Shown here: in pieces, positions 44,485-52,450 of the stretch
Numbering within the stretch: the stretch's first letter is position 1
Layout of the letters: every line of letters starts with the position of its first letter
From: a virus
Taxonomy: Duplodnaviria > Caudoviricetes
Strand: one strand, 5' to 3'
DNA length: 53,875 nt
IMG/VR virus record: IMGVR_UViG_3300006803_000001
Location: 1-53,875 of that record
Notes under the pieces: model-generated
The model's database searches: none
Told to the model about the DNA's origin: nothing
The model's input: the letters and a program-made list of their open reading frames with translations, nothing else
Made by a program: the position numbers and the translations under genes

Positions 44485-44948
44485 AGCTTTTCGAGTATGT
44501 CTTTTGTGCTTGGTGTTCGTCCGAGAAGGAAGTTCAAATGCTCGATTCGACTTGCGTGTCTGCCGTATGCGACGAACCCTGCAATTCTTAGTCCTGCAAT
44601 TATTTTTTTTCGCTTCCACCATGAGACGGGGCTCCAATGGTCACGCATTGCCCGATTGAGAATCTTGTCGGCTGTCCTTTGTCCGTTTGCCCCGCAGAAT
44701 TGCGAGCGATACAGCCAATCGTGTATGACTGCCGGACCATTGCTGTCTTGCACTTTGCTGACTAACGAGCGGACAATCCTCGGCACGCTGTAAAGATCAG
44801 AGACAAAATTTTTGGGAACTCGTATCTCCCCGAACTCGAGGTCGTCATATATGTAATCTGAGAGCAATTGCCATTTTCCTTGTCCTACTTCTCTGACGTC
44901 AAGGTGCATGGGGAATGCCTCGTTTGTTTTTACTGTGTCAATTTGCAT
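44481..44948 (-). CDS. DUF1353-like protein
   Basis: W.L......I.VP..F.SD..SVP....AVIHDWLY....AD......M. Confidence 0.8.
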   Translation of the reverse strand: MQIDTVKTNEAFPMHLDVREVGQGKWQLLSDYIYDDLEFGEIRVPKNFVSDLYSVPRIVRSLVSKVQDSNGPAVIHDWLYRSQFCGANGQRTADKILNRAMRDHWSPVSWWKRKKIIAGLRIAGFVAYGRHASRIEHLNFLLGRTPSTKDILEKL

Positions 44949-44949
44949 C

Positions 44950-45054
44950 TCAATCGCTTTGTGAGTAAAGCATATATATCAACGCATAAATCAATGTCAT
45001 GACCAAAAACCAAAGGACGAAAGCTTTTGCCGCATCTGTGTCGTCCCCGTTCAT
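44950..45054 (-). CDS. 34-aa single-TM peptide (not in ORF track)
   Basis: MNGDDTDAAKAFVLWFLVMTLIYALIYMLYSQSD* fills the gap between two genes. Confidence 0.45.
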   Translation of the reverse strand: MNGDDTDAAKAFVLWFLVMTLIYALIYMLYSQSD

Positions 45055-45057
45055 TTT

Positions 45058-46368
45058 TTAGGGTGCTGTCGGGTAATTGCTCCATGTTGCAATTGTCACG
45101 GAAGGGTCGACTCCTTGTGTCGTTCGCCATCCCGCGTCATATCCTGCGAGCTCGCTTGCTTTGACGTAAATTGTTGTCAATGCGTCTGTGCCCGCAAGGG
45201 CGGTTCCACCTGTCCATGCCGAAGCTGGGCAAGCAATATACGCCTCTGTAATTGATGAGCAATTCAGAAACGCACTCCAGTTGACCAATGTCACGCCCGC
45301 AGGGATTACAAGTATTCCGTCGAACCCAATGCATCCGGCAAATGCGGTTCGGTCAACTTCGGTCACTGAGCTTGGTATAATAATGTCTCCCGTAAACCCG
45401 CTGCAATTACGAAACGAACTTTGTCTCAAGAACGTGACCGAACTTGGTATTGTCAATGTGCCGCTCAAATTGAAGCATTCATTGAAGCAACTGACCGGGA
45501 TTGACGATATGCTGTTTGATATTGTCAGAGACCCAGCGAATCCAGTGCAATTTTCAAATGCATCGGAGTCAATGCTTGTGACTGTGTTTGGTATAGTCAA
45601 GTTGCCTGTGAAATCCGAATTTGAAAACGCCCCGTAATTGATTCTTGTCACACTGCTTGGGATAGTGAGTGTCCCTGTTCGTTCGCTGTAATTGAAAGCA
45701 TAATTTGCAATCAATGTCACACTGCTTGGAATAGTAAGAGCGCTTGTCACTCTTCTCGGGGAATAAATCAATTCGGTTTTGCTTTTGTTGTATAAGACAT
45801 CGTCCGAATTGTCGCTGTAGTTTTGATTTGTCGGTGCAACTGTAAGCGATGTGAACGCGCACTGATCGAATGGGTTCGATAATCCTGCGGCGGATTGCAG
45901 TGTCGTGACTGTTGAAGGTATATTCAACGCCCCCGTCATTGCTTCGCATCTTCCGAACGCTAAGTGCCCAATTGTTTGCAATCCTTCATTCAAAATCAAT
46001 CCCGTTGGGGTGAAACAAAATGCAAACGCCTGTTGTTGTATAGTTGTGACTGAGGTCGGGATTTCTATTGTCCCCGAAAAGCTGTTGTCTTGAAAAGCTT
46101 GTTCCAATATCTGAGTGACTCCATTCGGCAATGTAAGTTGCCCCGTAAGGTAATTTCGATAAAAAGCTCTTTCACCTACAATATTGCATGACGTCCCGAT
46201 AGTGACTCTCGTTGCGGTTGGGTATGTTGTTTTCTGGTAGTTCCAGTCGTTGGGGACGTCGCCCTCGATAGAGACAAGAACAGTATTCCCGTCATATAAT
46301 GTCGTTGCGGTTATAGGCGGATCGACTTGCCGACTCCCTATCAATTCAATTGGAAAGTTGAGTATCAT
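45058..46368 (-). CDS. BspA-type leucine-rich repeat (LRR_5) protein
   Basis: About a dozen LTIPSSVT.I...AF..C repeats; start MILNF overlaps the upstream stop. Confidence 0.88.
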   Translation of the reverse strand: MILNFPIELIGSRQVDPPITATTLYDGNTVLVSIEGDVPNDWNYQKTTYPTATRVTIGTSCNIVGERAFYRNYLTGQLTLPNGVTQILEQAFQDNSFSGTIEIPTSVTTIQQQAFAFCFTPTGLILNEGLQTIGHLAFGRCEAMTGALNIPSTVTTLQSAAGLSNPFDQCAFTSLTVAPTNQNYSDNSDDVLYNKSKTELIYSPRRVTSALTIPSSVTLIANYAFNYSERTGTLTIPSSVTRINYGAFSNSDFTGNLTIPNTVTSIDSDAFENCTGFAGSLTISNSISSIPVSCFNECFNLSGTLTIPSSVTFLRQSSFRNCSGFTGDIIIPSSVTEVDRTAFAGCIGFDGILVIPAGVTLVNWSAFLNCSSITEAYIACPASAWTGGTALAGTDALTTIYVKASELAGYDAGWRTTQGVDPSVTIATWSNYPTAP

Positions 46369-47192
46369 CCTACCTCCAATCCCCAAGGGTAATCAAGATC
46401 AGTCACTAAAATTTGCGGGTAGTTTGACCCGTCAAGCTCGCATCTTGCGATGAAGTTTGCGCCTAGACCTTGTCCCTTCATGACGTAGATTCCCTCGTCT
46501 GTGACGCTAATTGCAGAACAACCACGATCAGAATCCGCCAAGCTTGAAACTAATGTTGTGATATTTGACCCGTCAAGGTTGGCTCTTTTTACTGTCATTG
46601 GAACCCCATTGAATCCGCCTTGGGTATTCCAATACAGGAAATTGCCTTCAACTGTTACGCCCCAAAGGGCATCTGCGCTTGCTATGTTGACCAAAGTTGT
46701 TGGGTTTGACCCGTCAAGCTCGCACCTTTTAATTGCTTTGGTTCCGCTAGAATTGCCCCAATAGATATATGTCCCGTCTGATCCGAGCCCGTAAGAGGAG
46801 CCCGAATCTGTATGAATCAAGTTGACGCTTGTTCCATCAAGATTGCATCTTTTAATATGACGGACTCCGCTCGAGTATTCTTGCCAATAGATGAACTCGT
46901 CATTCACGACAACGATTGTGTCCGCTGCATTGGCAAGGTTGTCGACTAGAACAATTTGCTCGCTTCCGTTTTTTCGGCTTCGGCGTATTTGGTTGGGGAA
47001 GTCAGTCCAATAAATGAAATTGCCATTTTTCGCAATGCCCCTCGAGACGTCGGTTGGTTGCTGTCCTCTGACAATCTCTCTCTCCCCCGTCCCGTCGATG
47101 TTAATACGCATCAAGTTGTCCCCAGAGAAATTACTCCAATATACGTGAGCTCCGAACAAATCGGTTCCAACAAGTGATGTCTGAAAGTTCAT
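46365..47192 (-). CDS. YWTD (LDL-receptor class B / DUF5050-like) beta-propeller protein
   Basis: VYWSN, IYWTD, IYWQE, IYWGN, LYWNT repeats, each followed by IKR..LDG(S/T)-like strands. Confidence 0.85.
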   Translation of the reverse strand: MNFQTSLVGTDLFGAHVYWSNFSGDNLMRINIDGTGEREIVRGQQPTDVSRGIAKNGNFIYWTDFPNQIRRSRKNGSEQIVLVDNLANAADTIVVVNDEFIYWQEYSSGVRHIKRCNLDGTSVNLIHTDSGSSYGLGSDGTYIYWGNSSGTKAIKRCELDGSNPTTLVNIASADALWGVTVEGNFLYWNTQGGFNGVPMTVKRANLDGSNITTLVSSLADSDRGCSAISVTDEGIYVMKGQGLGANFIARCELDGSNYPQILVTDLDYPWGLEVG

Positions 47193-47200
47193 ATTGCAAG

Positions 47201-48310
47201 CTATCCGACTAGGCTGATATACAGATACATTTCTGTGCCGTCGTAATAATACCCGATTGTTATCTTGTCCGCTGTCGTCAAAGTGGCGACGTCGGCAGGG
47301 ATACCATTCAAAACTCTATTGGCTCCCGCCGCTAGTGACCACGCTCCGAGCCCGTCAGTCGTCAAAATTATCATCCCCGAAGCTCCCTCGACTGCATTCG
47401 TGATTGCAAGAGAAGTGACGTTCTCAGTCAATGTCGTCTTTACGATCTCGCCCGCTGTATAATCAAAAGAAAGAACCCCCGCTGTTGTTGATACAGTTTG
47501 AGTTTTTGATTTCGCTTGCCATGTGCCGACGCCGTTCGCATCTGATGTGAGGACGTAATCGTCGGTTGCTCCCGTTGGCATTTTGAATCCTGCGCCAACA
47601 TTAAGACTTGGAACGTATGCCGTATCCGCTGCATCTGTTACGATGCCCGTGCCACCTAAGATTACTGAACGATGATGCGTAGATTGGATTTTGTTTGTAT
47701 CTCCACCAATTATGACCGCCTCAGTTGCGCTTTCGATTATGTTTGTATCTCCACCGAGAACTGAAGAATTTTTTGTCTGTGTTGATGACGTTCCCTCTCC
47801 AGTTAGTCCGACAACGCTGTTGATTGTCCCAATCGCACTTGTGTATTTCGTGTTAAGAGTTGTATCTGTACAACCTAAACCTTCCGCTTCCTGTCCATTT
47901 ATAGTTTGCCTAAAGCCTCCCATACTAGAACTATCGTTGCCAGAAACTACATTCTCACGCCCTCCATAACTTACCGAGCGATTGCCGCTTACTACATTTA
48001 CAACGCCTCCAATTGCGCAAGCTTGATTGCCAGAGGCGATATTGTCGTTGACTGGATTTGATGGATGCAATGTTGCAATCCTGCCCGCACTTATGTCGTT
48101 GCGCGTGGTTGCTCCGTTATTTGTGACTGACTCAAGAGTCGGGTCGGCTGGTTGCAATGCTGAGTCCGCTGTCTGTCCTTGAGTGAATGTCGCAAAGTCT
48201 TCTGTCGCGGCGTCGGCGGCTGTGCCAAGTCCGAGACTGGTCTTTGCCGCTGCATTGTCGGCGCTCTTTAATAGGTTGTCGACGTCTGTTGATACTGGAT
48301 AATCTGGCAT
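47201..48310 (-). CDS. Trimeric fibre/spike-like protein
   Basis: LGLGTAA, AT..QG..ADSALQP, S..GG..N beta-roll repeats, GA.D.YVLTSDANG.GTW. Confidence 0.75.
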   Translation of the reverse strand: MPDYPVSTDVDNLLKSADNAAAKTSLGLGTAADAATEDFATFTQGQTADSALQPADPTLESVTNNGATTRNDISAGRIATLHPSNPVNDNIASGNQACAIGGVVNVVSGNRSVSYGGRENVVSGNDSSSMGGFRQTINGQEAEGLGCTDTTLNTKYTSAIGTINSVVGLTGEGTSSTQTKNSSVLGGDTNIIESATEAVIIGGDTNKIQSTHHRSVILGGTGIVTDAADTAYVPSLNVGAGFKMPTGATDDYVLTSDANGVGTWQAKSKTQTVSTTAGVLSFDYTAGEIVKTTLTENVTSLAITNAVEGASGMIILTTDGLGAWSLAAGANRVLNGIPADVATLTTADKITIGYYYDGTEMYLYISLVG

Positions 48311-48323
48311 GATCTTTTATTTT

Positions 48324-48518
48324 TTAAGGTTGGATGTATTTGTCCCCATTAGGTGCAAGAAAGACCCCGCCCGCTGACGGGCTGAAATATCCATTGCCCG
48401 AACTGGGGGGGATAGTCGGCTCGCTTGGCTCTGAGAACGCCGTCGAAAACATGCGGACGACTGGTTTCGTGACGCTTGTTTTGACGGGGTGTCCTGTGTC
48501 TCTGCTTGGGGCGCTCAT
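48324..48518 (-). CDS. Hypothetical protein
   Basis: Packed in the structural operon. Confidence 0.5.
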   Translation of the reverse strand: MSAPSRDTGHPVKTSVTKPVVRMFSTAFSEPSEPTIPPSSGNGYFSPSAGGVFLAPNGDKYIQP

Positions 48519-48520
48519 TA

Positions 48521-48808
48521 CTAGCCTCTTGTGCTTGGCTTGATTTTTGCAATACGAACGACCATGTCGGTTGTTCCGCTTGCGCTTGATACGATAAGAG
48601 ATCCCGAGGCGCTAATTGCTCGGAATTCGCAAGCATTCGGCGACGTGACTGAAGTGTCCGACCCGCTGAATGGCAGATATAAAACTCCGCCCGTGCTTTG
48701 GACTTTGACCTCGGCTCCGCCGAATGTGCCTTCGACCGATGCGATGTAATGTTGCAACGGGACAAGCTCGATTGCGGTCGTGCCGTCTGTGGTGATATTG
48801 AATGTCAT
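48521..48808 (-). CDS. Small virion protein (decoration-like)
   Basis: Beta-rich, GTFGGA.V..Q motif; downstream of the capsid gene. Confidence 0.55.
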   Translation of the reverse strand: MTFNITTDGTTAIELVPLQHYIASVEGTFGGAEVKVQSTGGVLYLPFSGSDTSVTSPNACEFRAISASGSLIVSSASGTTDMVVRIAKIKPSTRG

Positions 48809-48819
48809 TGTTGTTTTTG

Positions 48820-49287
48820 TTATTTGATTGTGACGCCTTCAATGGCGATGTGACCTTCGGGGATTTCGTCTTTTGAAACTTCGACAACGTATCCGTCCTC
48901 GGTTTCTTTGATGCTGTCAAAAGCGAGATCGAGCTTTGCCGCCAATGCTTCGGCGTGACGCTCTTGCGCGTATGACTTGCCGTCCTTGGTTCCGATGTAT
49001 GCTTTGAGCTCTTGAGCGGGCTCCTGTGCCTCTTCAACGGGTGTCTCTGCGGATAGGACGTCGGTTGTTGCCTCCTCGGGCGCTTTAATTGGCTTTTCTG
49101 GGGCTCCCCCGCCTGCTATGCGTTTGTTCTCGGCGTTGATTGCTGCTCGTCGAATGCGTGCGGCAAACTTTGCCTCGGCAACTTTCTTGAGTTGTGTCTT
49201 GTCGACCTTCAATGGTTTTCTGCGGCGACGAATCGGCACGTTCGGGTTGTGAACGATTGCCTTATTGAGTGAGATGTCTTTGTCCAT
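48820..49287 (-). CDS. Hypothetical protein (basic N-terminus, acidic C-terminus)
   Basis: Start MDKDIS lies after the capsid terminator. Confidence 0.6.
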   Translation of the reverse strand: MDKDISLNKAIVHNPNVPIRRRRKPLKVDKTQLKKVAEAKFAARIRRAAINAENKRIAGGGAPEKPIKAPEEATTDVLSAETPVEEAQEPAQELKAYIGTKDGKSYAQERHAEALAAKLDLAFDSIKETEDGYVVEVSKDEIPEGHIAIEGVTIK

Positions 49288-49305
49288 TTGCGTTGTTTTT
49301 TGAGC

Positions 49306-49340
49306 AAAAAGGGGAAGCCGCCGATTTGGCAACTTCCCCC
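49306..49340 (-). terminator. Rho-independent terminator after the capsid gene
   Basis: GGGGAAGTTGCC-AAATC-GGCGGCTTCCCC followed by TTTTT. Confidence 0.8.
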
Positions 49341-49366
49341 CCTTGTGGTTTTATCCTTGGAAGGGA

Positions 49367-50377
49367 TTAGTTGTGACGGACGCGAACGATTCGCACGTTC
49401 TTTGTCTCGTATACCTGTGACCAGTTGGTCTCGTCGGCAACCTCGAGGTTTGTCGGTGCAAGACCAGCCATTGAAGCGCCGTTCCACTTCACGCCGCGTG
49501 GGTGAAGGATAAAGCGCTTGCGGTTGATGATGTTGCTATCGCCTGCGAGAGCATTGCGGTCGAGCTCGACTGCCCATGTTCCCTCACCACCTTCGGCGGC
49601 TTCGCTTCCTTCGCCTGCGGCGTATGCAAATGCACCACGTCCGAAGAGGTATGTTGAGTAAACAGGATCGCCGTCGATTGTCTCAACTGTGATCTTGTCG
49701 TCAACGATGACCTCCATGCCTTGGAAGACGCGGATTTCTGCGGCGCCTTCGCTCGGCTTGATAAAGTCAATTAGGTCAGCTTGTGCAAGTTCGGTCTCAA
49801 CCTTGGAGTGCATTGCAATCGCGGTGAGGCTTCCTTTGTTGTCGCCGAGCAATTGCTTTGCGTCGAGGATTACGTCGCCGTTGATTACGTTGTCGACTCC
49901 TGCTGATCCTGCGCCGCCTGTGGTATGGTATACGTCGAGGGTTGAGTTTGCTGCCATTGTTGTTTCGCCAAATACGCCTGTCAGTGTGCCAAGCAATAAG
50001 TCTTGATGCTTGCGCATCCAGTAATCAGCAAAGAGGTCAACGATTGTGTTGAGAGGATCCGCCCCACTAAGCTTGCGAGAAAGGTCATTCACTGAGAATG
50101 CGTCTCCGCGTAAGTGAACGATTCCGACGTCCGCGGTTGCGGTGATCTTCTTTGGAGTAAGAGAGGCGCCGTCGGTGAGGACTTGGTCATCTCCTGCAAG
50201 GTCTTGGAAGAAAGGAATATTTACAGTCTGTCCGCCCTCTGATATTTTGGATGAAAGGGTTGATTCAATTGAGATAAGTCCGCTCTGAAAGAGACGACTT
50301 TTTTCTGCTGTCCGCTCAACAACGTATCCCTCGAAAAGCTCGGGGACGATGATGTCTGCAACTTGTGTTTTTGCCAT
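49367..50377 (-). CDS. Major capsid protein
   Basis: T.VADIIVPE.F..Y....T.EKS.L.QSG...G.TVNIPFF.DL.G...R.RFILHPRG..W; follows the scaffold gene. Confidence 0.92.
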   Translation of the reverse strand: MAKTQVADIIVPELFEGYVVERTAEKSRLFQSGLISIESTLSSKISEGGQTVNIPFFQDLAGDDQVLTDGASLTPKKITATADVGIVHLRGDAFSVNDLSRKLSGADPLNTIVDLFADYWMRKHQDLLLGTLTGVFGETTMAANSTLDVYHTTGGAGSAGVDNVINGDVILDAKQLLGDNKGSLTAIAMHSKVETELAQADLIDFIKPSEGAAEIRVFQGMEVIVDDKITVETIDGDPVYSTYLFGRGAFAYAAGEGSEAAEGGEGTWAVELDRNALAGDSNIINRKRFILHPRGVKWNGASMAGLAPTNLEVADETNWSQVYETKNVRIVRVRHN

Positions 50378-50407
50378 ATTGGTTTGTTTGTATTTTGTGT
50401 TTGGTTT

Positions 50408-50477
50408 GTCGAGTTATATCATCCGCATCCCCGATGCGTCGATCTACCGCCCCGCGGCTTTTCGAAATTCACTCGAC
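50408..50477 (-). promoter_or_regulatory. Candidate structured RNA in the capsid 5' leader
   Basis: GTCGAGT/ACTCGAC closing stem enclosing GCCGC-GGG-GCGGT and CGCATC-GGG-GATGCG hairpins. Confidence 0.45.
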
Positions 50478-50510
50478 GTCACGATTAACCATTAGACAGG
50501 ACAATACGTC

Positions 50511-50552
50511 AAAAACAAAAAGCGCCCGAAGGAGATATTCCCTCGGACGCGT
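50511..50552 (-). terminator. Probable terminator between scaffold and capsid genes
   Basis: GCGTCCGAGGGA..TCCTTCGGGCGC stem followed by TTTTTGTTTTT. Confidence 0.6.
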
Positions 50553-50580
50553 GTCGCCGTTGTTCCTTTTTGATCAATAA

Positions 50581-50594
50581 GCGCCCGCGGGCGC
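50581..50594. repeat. Palindrome GCGCCCGCGGGCGC, copy 8 (at the scaffold stop)
   Basis: Exact match. Confidence 0.95.
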
Positions 50595-51379
50595 TATGCG
50601 TTCGGGATTTTGATTGTCACTCCTGCTTGAGCCGCAAGTCGCTTTGCCTTCTGAGGGTCAGTCTTGATCATCTTGGCTTGCTCGGTCATGTTGTGCGTTT
50701 CCTTCTTGAATGGGTTCGAGCCTGCTGTTGACCCGTCGGCTGTGCCACTACCCCCAGCGCCTCCGCCGACGTTGTCGCTGAATAGGTGCTCGGCTTGAGT
50801 TGCAAGTTCCTTGATGAACTCGGCGGGACTGAGCGGTTGTCCTGCGGCGCCGTATCTGACTTCGCCTTTGTCGTCTCTTGCGACGAGGTTCCCTTGATCG
50901 TCGAGCGAGAACACTTCACGTCCGCGACTGAGCAAGTCCGCCTCGGCTCCTTTGCGAAGTCCTGCGGTTGCCCCCGCTGTGAGGAGTGCTTGATTGACTT
51001 TGACTGTCTCGAGCTCTCTCTTCATGGTGACGGCGAATTCTTGAGCCTTGTTGATCTCGGTCTCGTATTTCTTGGTCATCTCTTCGGTTCTGCGCTCGAC
51101 CATCTTGTCGACGTCTTCCTTCTTGGCGTTCTCAACGAACTTGCCCTCGGAGACTCCGTGCCATGCGTCGAGAATCTCGGGCGCCTTGTCTGGGTCAATG
51201 CCTTCGAATTTCTCGAGTGCCGTTTTTAGAGCGAGGTTGTTTGCACGGAAGTCGTCAACTTGTTGCTTCGGGACTGCGCCCTCGACTTTCAATACGTGCT
51301 TTCCTGTGCCGTCGTCTTGGTAAAGGTCTCGGAATGATTCGTCGACGCTTTCGATATCTTGAATGATGTATTTCAACAT
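50594..51379 (-). CDS. Capsid scaffolding protein
   Basis: LK.......E....LY....G..VL.VEG, coiled-coil, HLF....GGGA.G, NPFKKET.N.TEQ; start MLKYII. Confidence 0.85.
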   Translation of the reverse strand: MLKYIIQDIESVDESFRDLYQDDGTGKHVLKVEGAVPKQQVDDFRANNLALKTALEKFEGIDPDKAPEILDAWHGVSEGKFVENAKKEDVDKMVERRTEEMTKKYETEINKAQEFAVTMKRELETVKVNQALLTAGATAGLRKGAEADLLSRGREVFSLDDQGNLVARDDKGEVRYGAAGQPLSPAEFIKELATQAEHLFSDNVGGGAGGSGTADGSTAGSNPFKKETHNMTEQAKMIKTDPQKAKRLAAQAGVTIKIPNA

Positions 51380-51469
51380 GCCTCTTTGGTATCCGTTCGC
51401 GCCCCATCGCGCAACCAAAAAACCCCGTATCGGAACGCGCCCGATACGAGGTTGGTGTCTTTTGTTCTG

Positions 51470-51742
51470 TTACGCCTCGGCGGGTATGCTGATGGCGATC
51501 GTCACAACGCTTGCAATCCAGTTGACGCAATCGACGTCTTCGGTTCTGAAGTATGCATATGTGCAATCGTTCACAAGGACTCGGAATGCGTCTCCGTCTG
51601 GGTGTCCCTCGAGTTTGCCTTGCACCATGAGCCCTGTCGGGAACCCGTCGCCCGGCAATACTCCGTTCTCGTTTGCTGTCACTCTCACTTGCTTGCCGAT
51701 ATACTGGGCAAGCTCTTGTCTTGTTTCGTTTTTGTTTTTCAT
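51470..51742 (-). CDS. Hypothetical protein
   Basis: 90-aa ORF with an A/C-rich leader; extended -10 TGtTATAAT at ~51783-51791. Confidence 0.6.
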   Translation of the reverse strand: MKNKNETRQELAQYIGKQVRVTANENGVLPGDGFPTGLMVQGKLEGHPDGDAFRVLVNDCTYAYFRTEDVDCVNWIASVVTIAISIPAEA

Positions 51743-51811
51743 GTTGTTGGTTCTCGCCGTGTTGTTTCTCGGCTCGGGCTCTATTATAACATATCACATT
51801 TTGACAAATCC

Positions 51812-51851
51812 AAAAAAAAGACCCGATTCGGCGTGTTTGCCGAATCGAGCC
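51812..51851 (-). terminator. Rho-independent terminator ending the portal-MuF operon
   Basis: GGCTCGATTCGGC-AAACAC-GCCGAATCGGGTC followed by T8. Confidence 0.85.
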
Positions 51852-51903
51852 CTTGCCCTGTATAGGATAAAAAAAAGCAAAAAAAAGCTTTTTGGGTTTT
51901 TAG

Positions 51904-52089
51904 CTATTTTGCCGAAGCTTCGTCAATTAGGTTCTGGTCAATGGAAATCACGACCCCGCCGTTTGGCGAATATGTGGCTTCTACTCCATCGCGTTTGAAC
52001 CCGATTGCAACGGGGAACGCGGATCTTTGCGCGGGCGTGCAACTACAAACGAGTGCCGCTGTCAGTGCTGTCAGTATTATTTTGTTCAT
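51904..52089 (-). CDS. Small lipoprotein
   Basis: MNKIILTALTAALVCSC signal peptide II-like start. Confidence 0.6.
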   Translation of the reverse strand: MNKIILTALTAALVCSCTPAQRSAFPVAIGFKRDGVEATYSPNGGVVISIDQNLIDEASAK

Positions 52090-52093
52090 ATCT

Positions 52094-52441
52094 TTAATTG
52101 TAAATCGTAAGCTGTGTATTCCACCAATCGGTGATCGTCCCGTCTTCAATCTCTCTCCTGCCCCTGTCGATTCTGTCTTGAAACTCTTGCGGGTCGATCT
52201 GTCCGTCCCAATTATATATCGAACCGAAGATTGCAATCGGCTCCCCTTCGGGGGTCTCAAGTTGCCCTTGTTGGTCGTCAATACTTTTAAATTTGCATCT
52301 GTTAATTTGACGCATTCCGTTTTCGCCTCCAATGAATATGACGTGATTGCCCCGCTCTGTGATGTAGACTTTGATTACTGGGTATATTTCCTCGTCGAAA
52401 TACATTGTCGAATAGGTGTTGTTTAGGTTTTCGAATTTCAT
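52094..52441 (-). CDS. Acidic protein downstream of MuF, candidate immunity protein
   Basis: Starts 9 nt after the MuF stop; position only. Confidence 0.55.
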   Translation of the reverse strand: MKFENLNNTYSTMYFDEEIYPVIKVYITERGNHVIFIGGENGMRQINRCKFKSIDDQQGQLETPEGEPIAIFGSIYNWDGQIDPQEFQDRIDRGRREIEDGTITDWWNTQLTIYN

Positions 52442-52450
52442 GGTTTTTGT

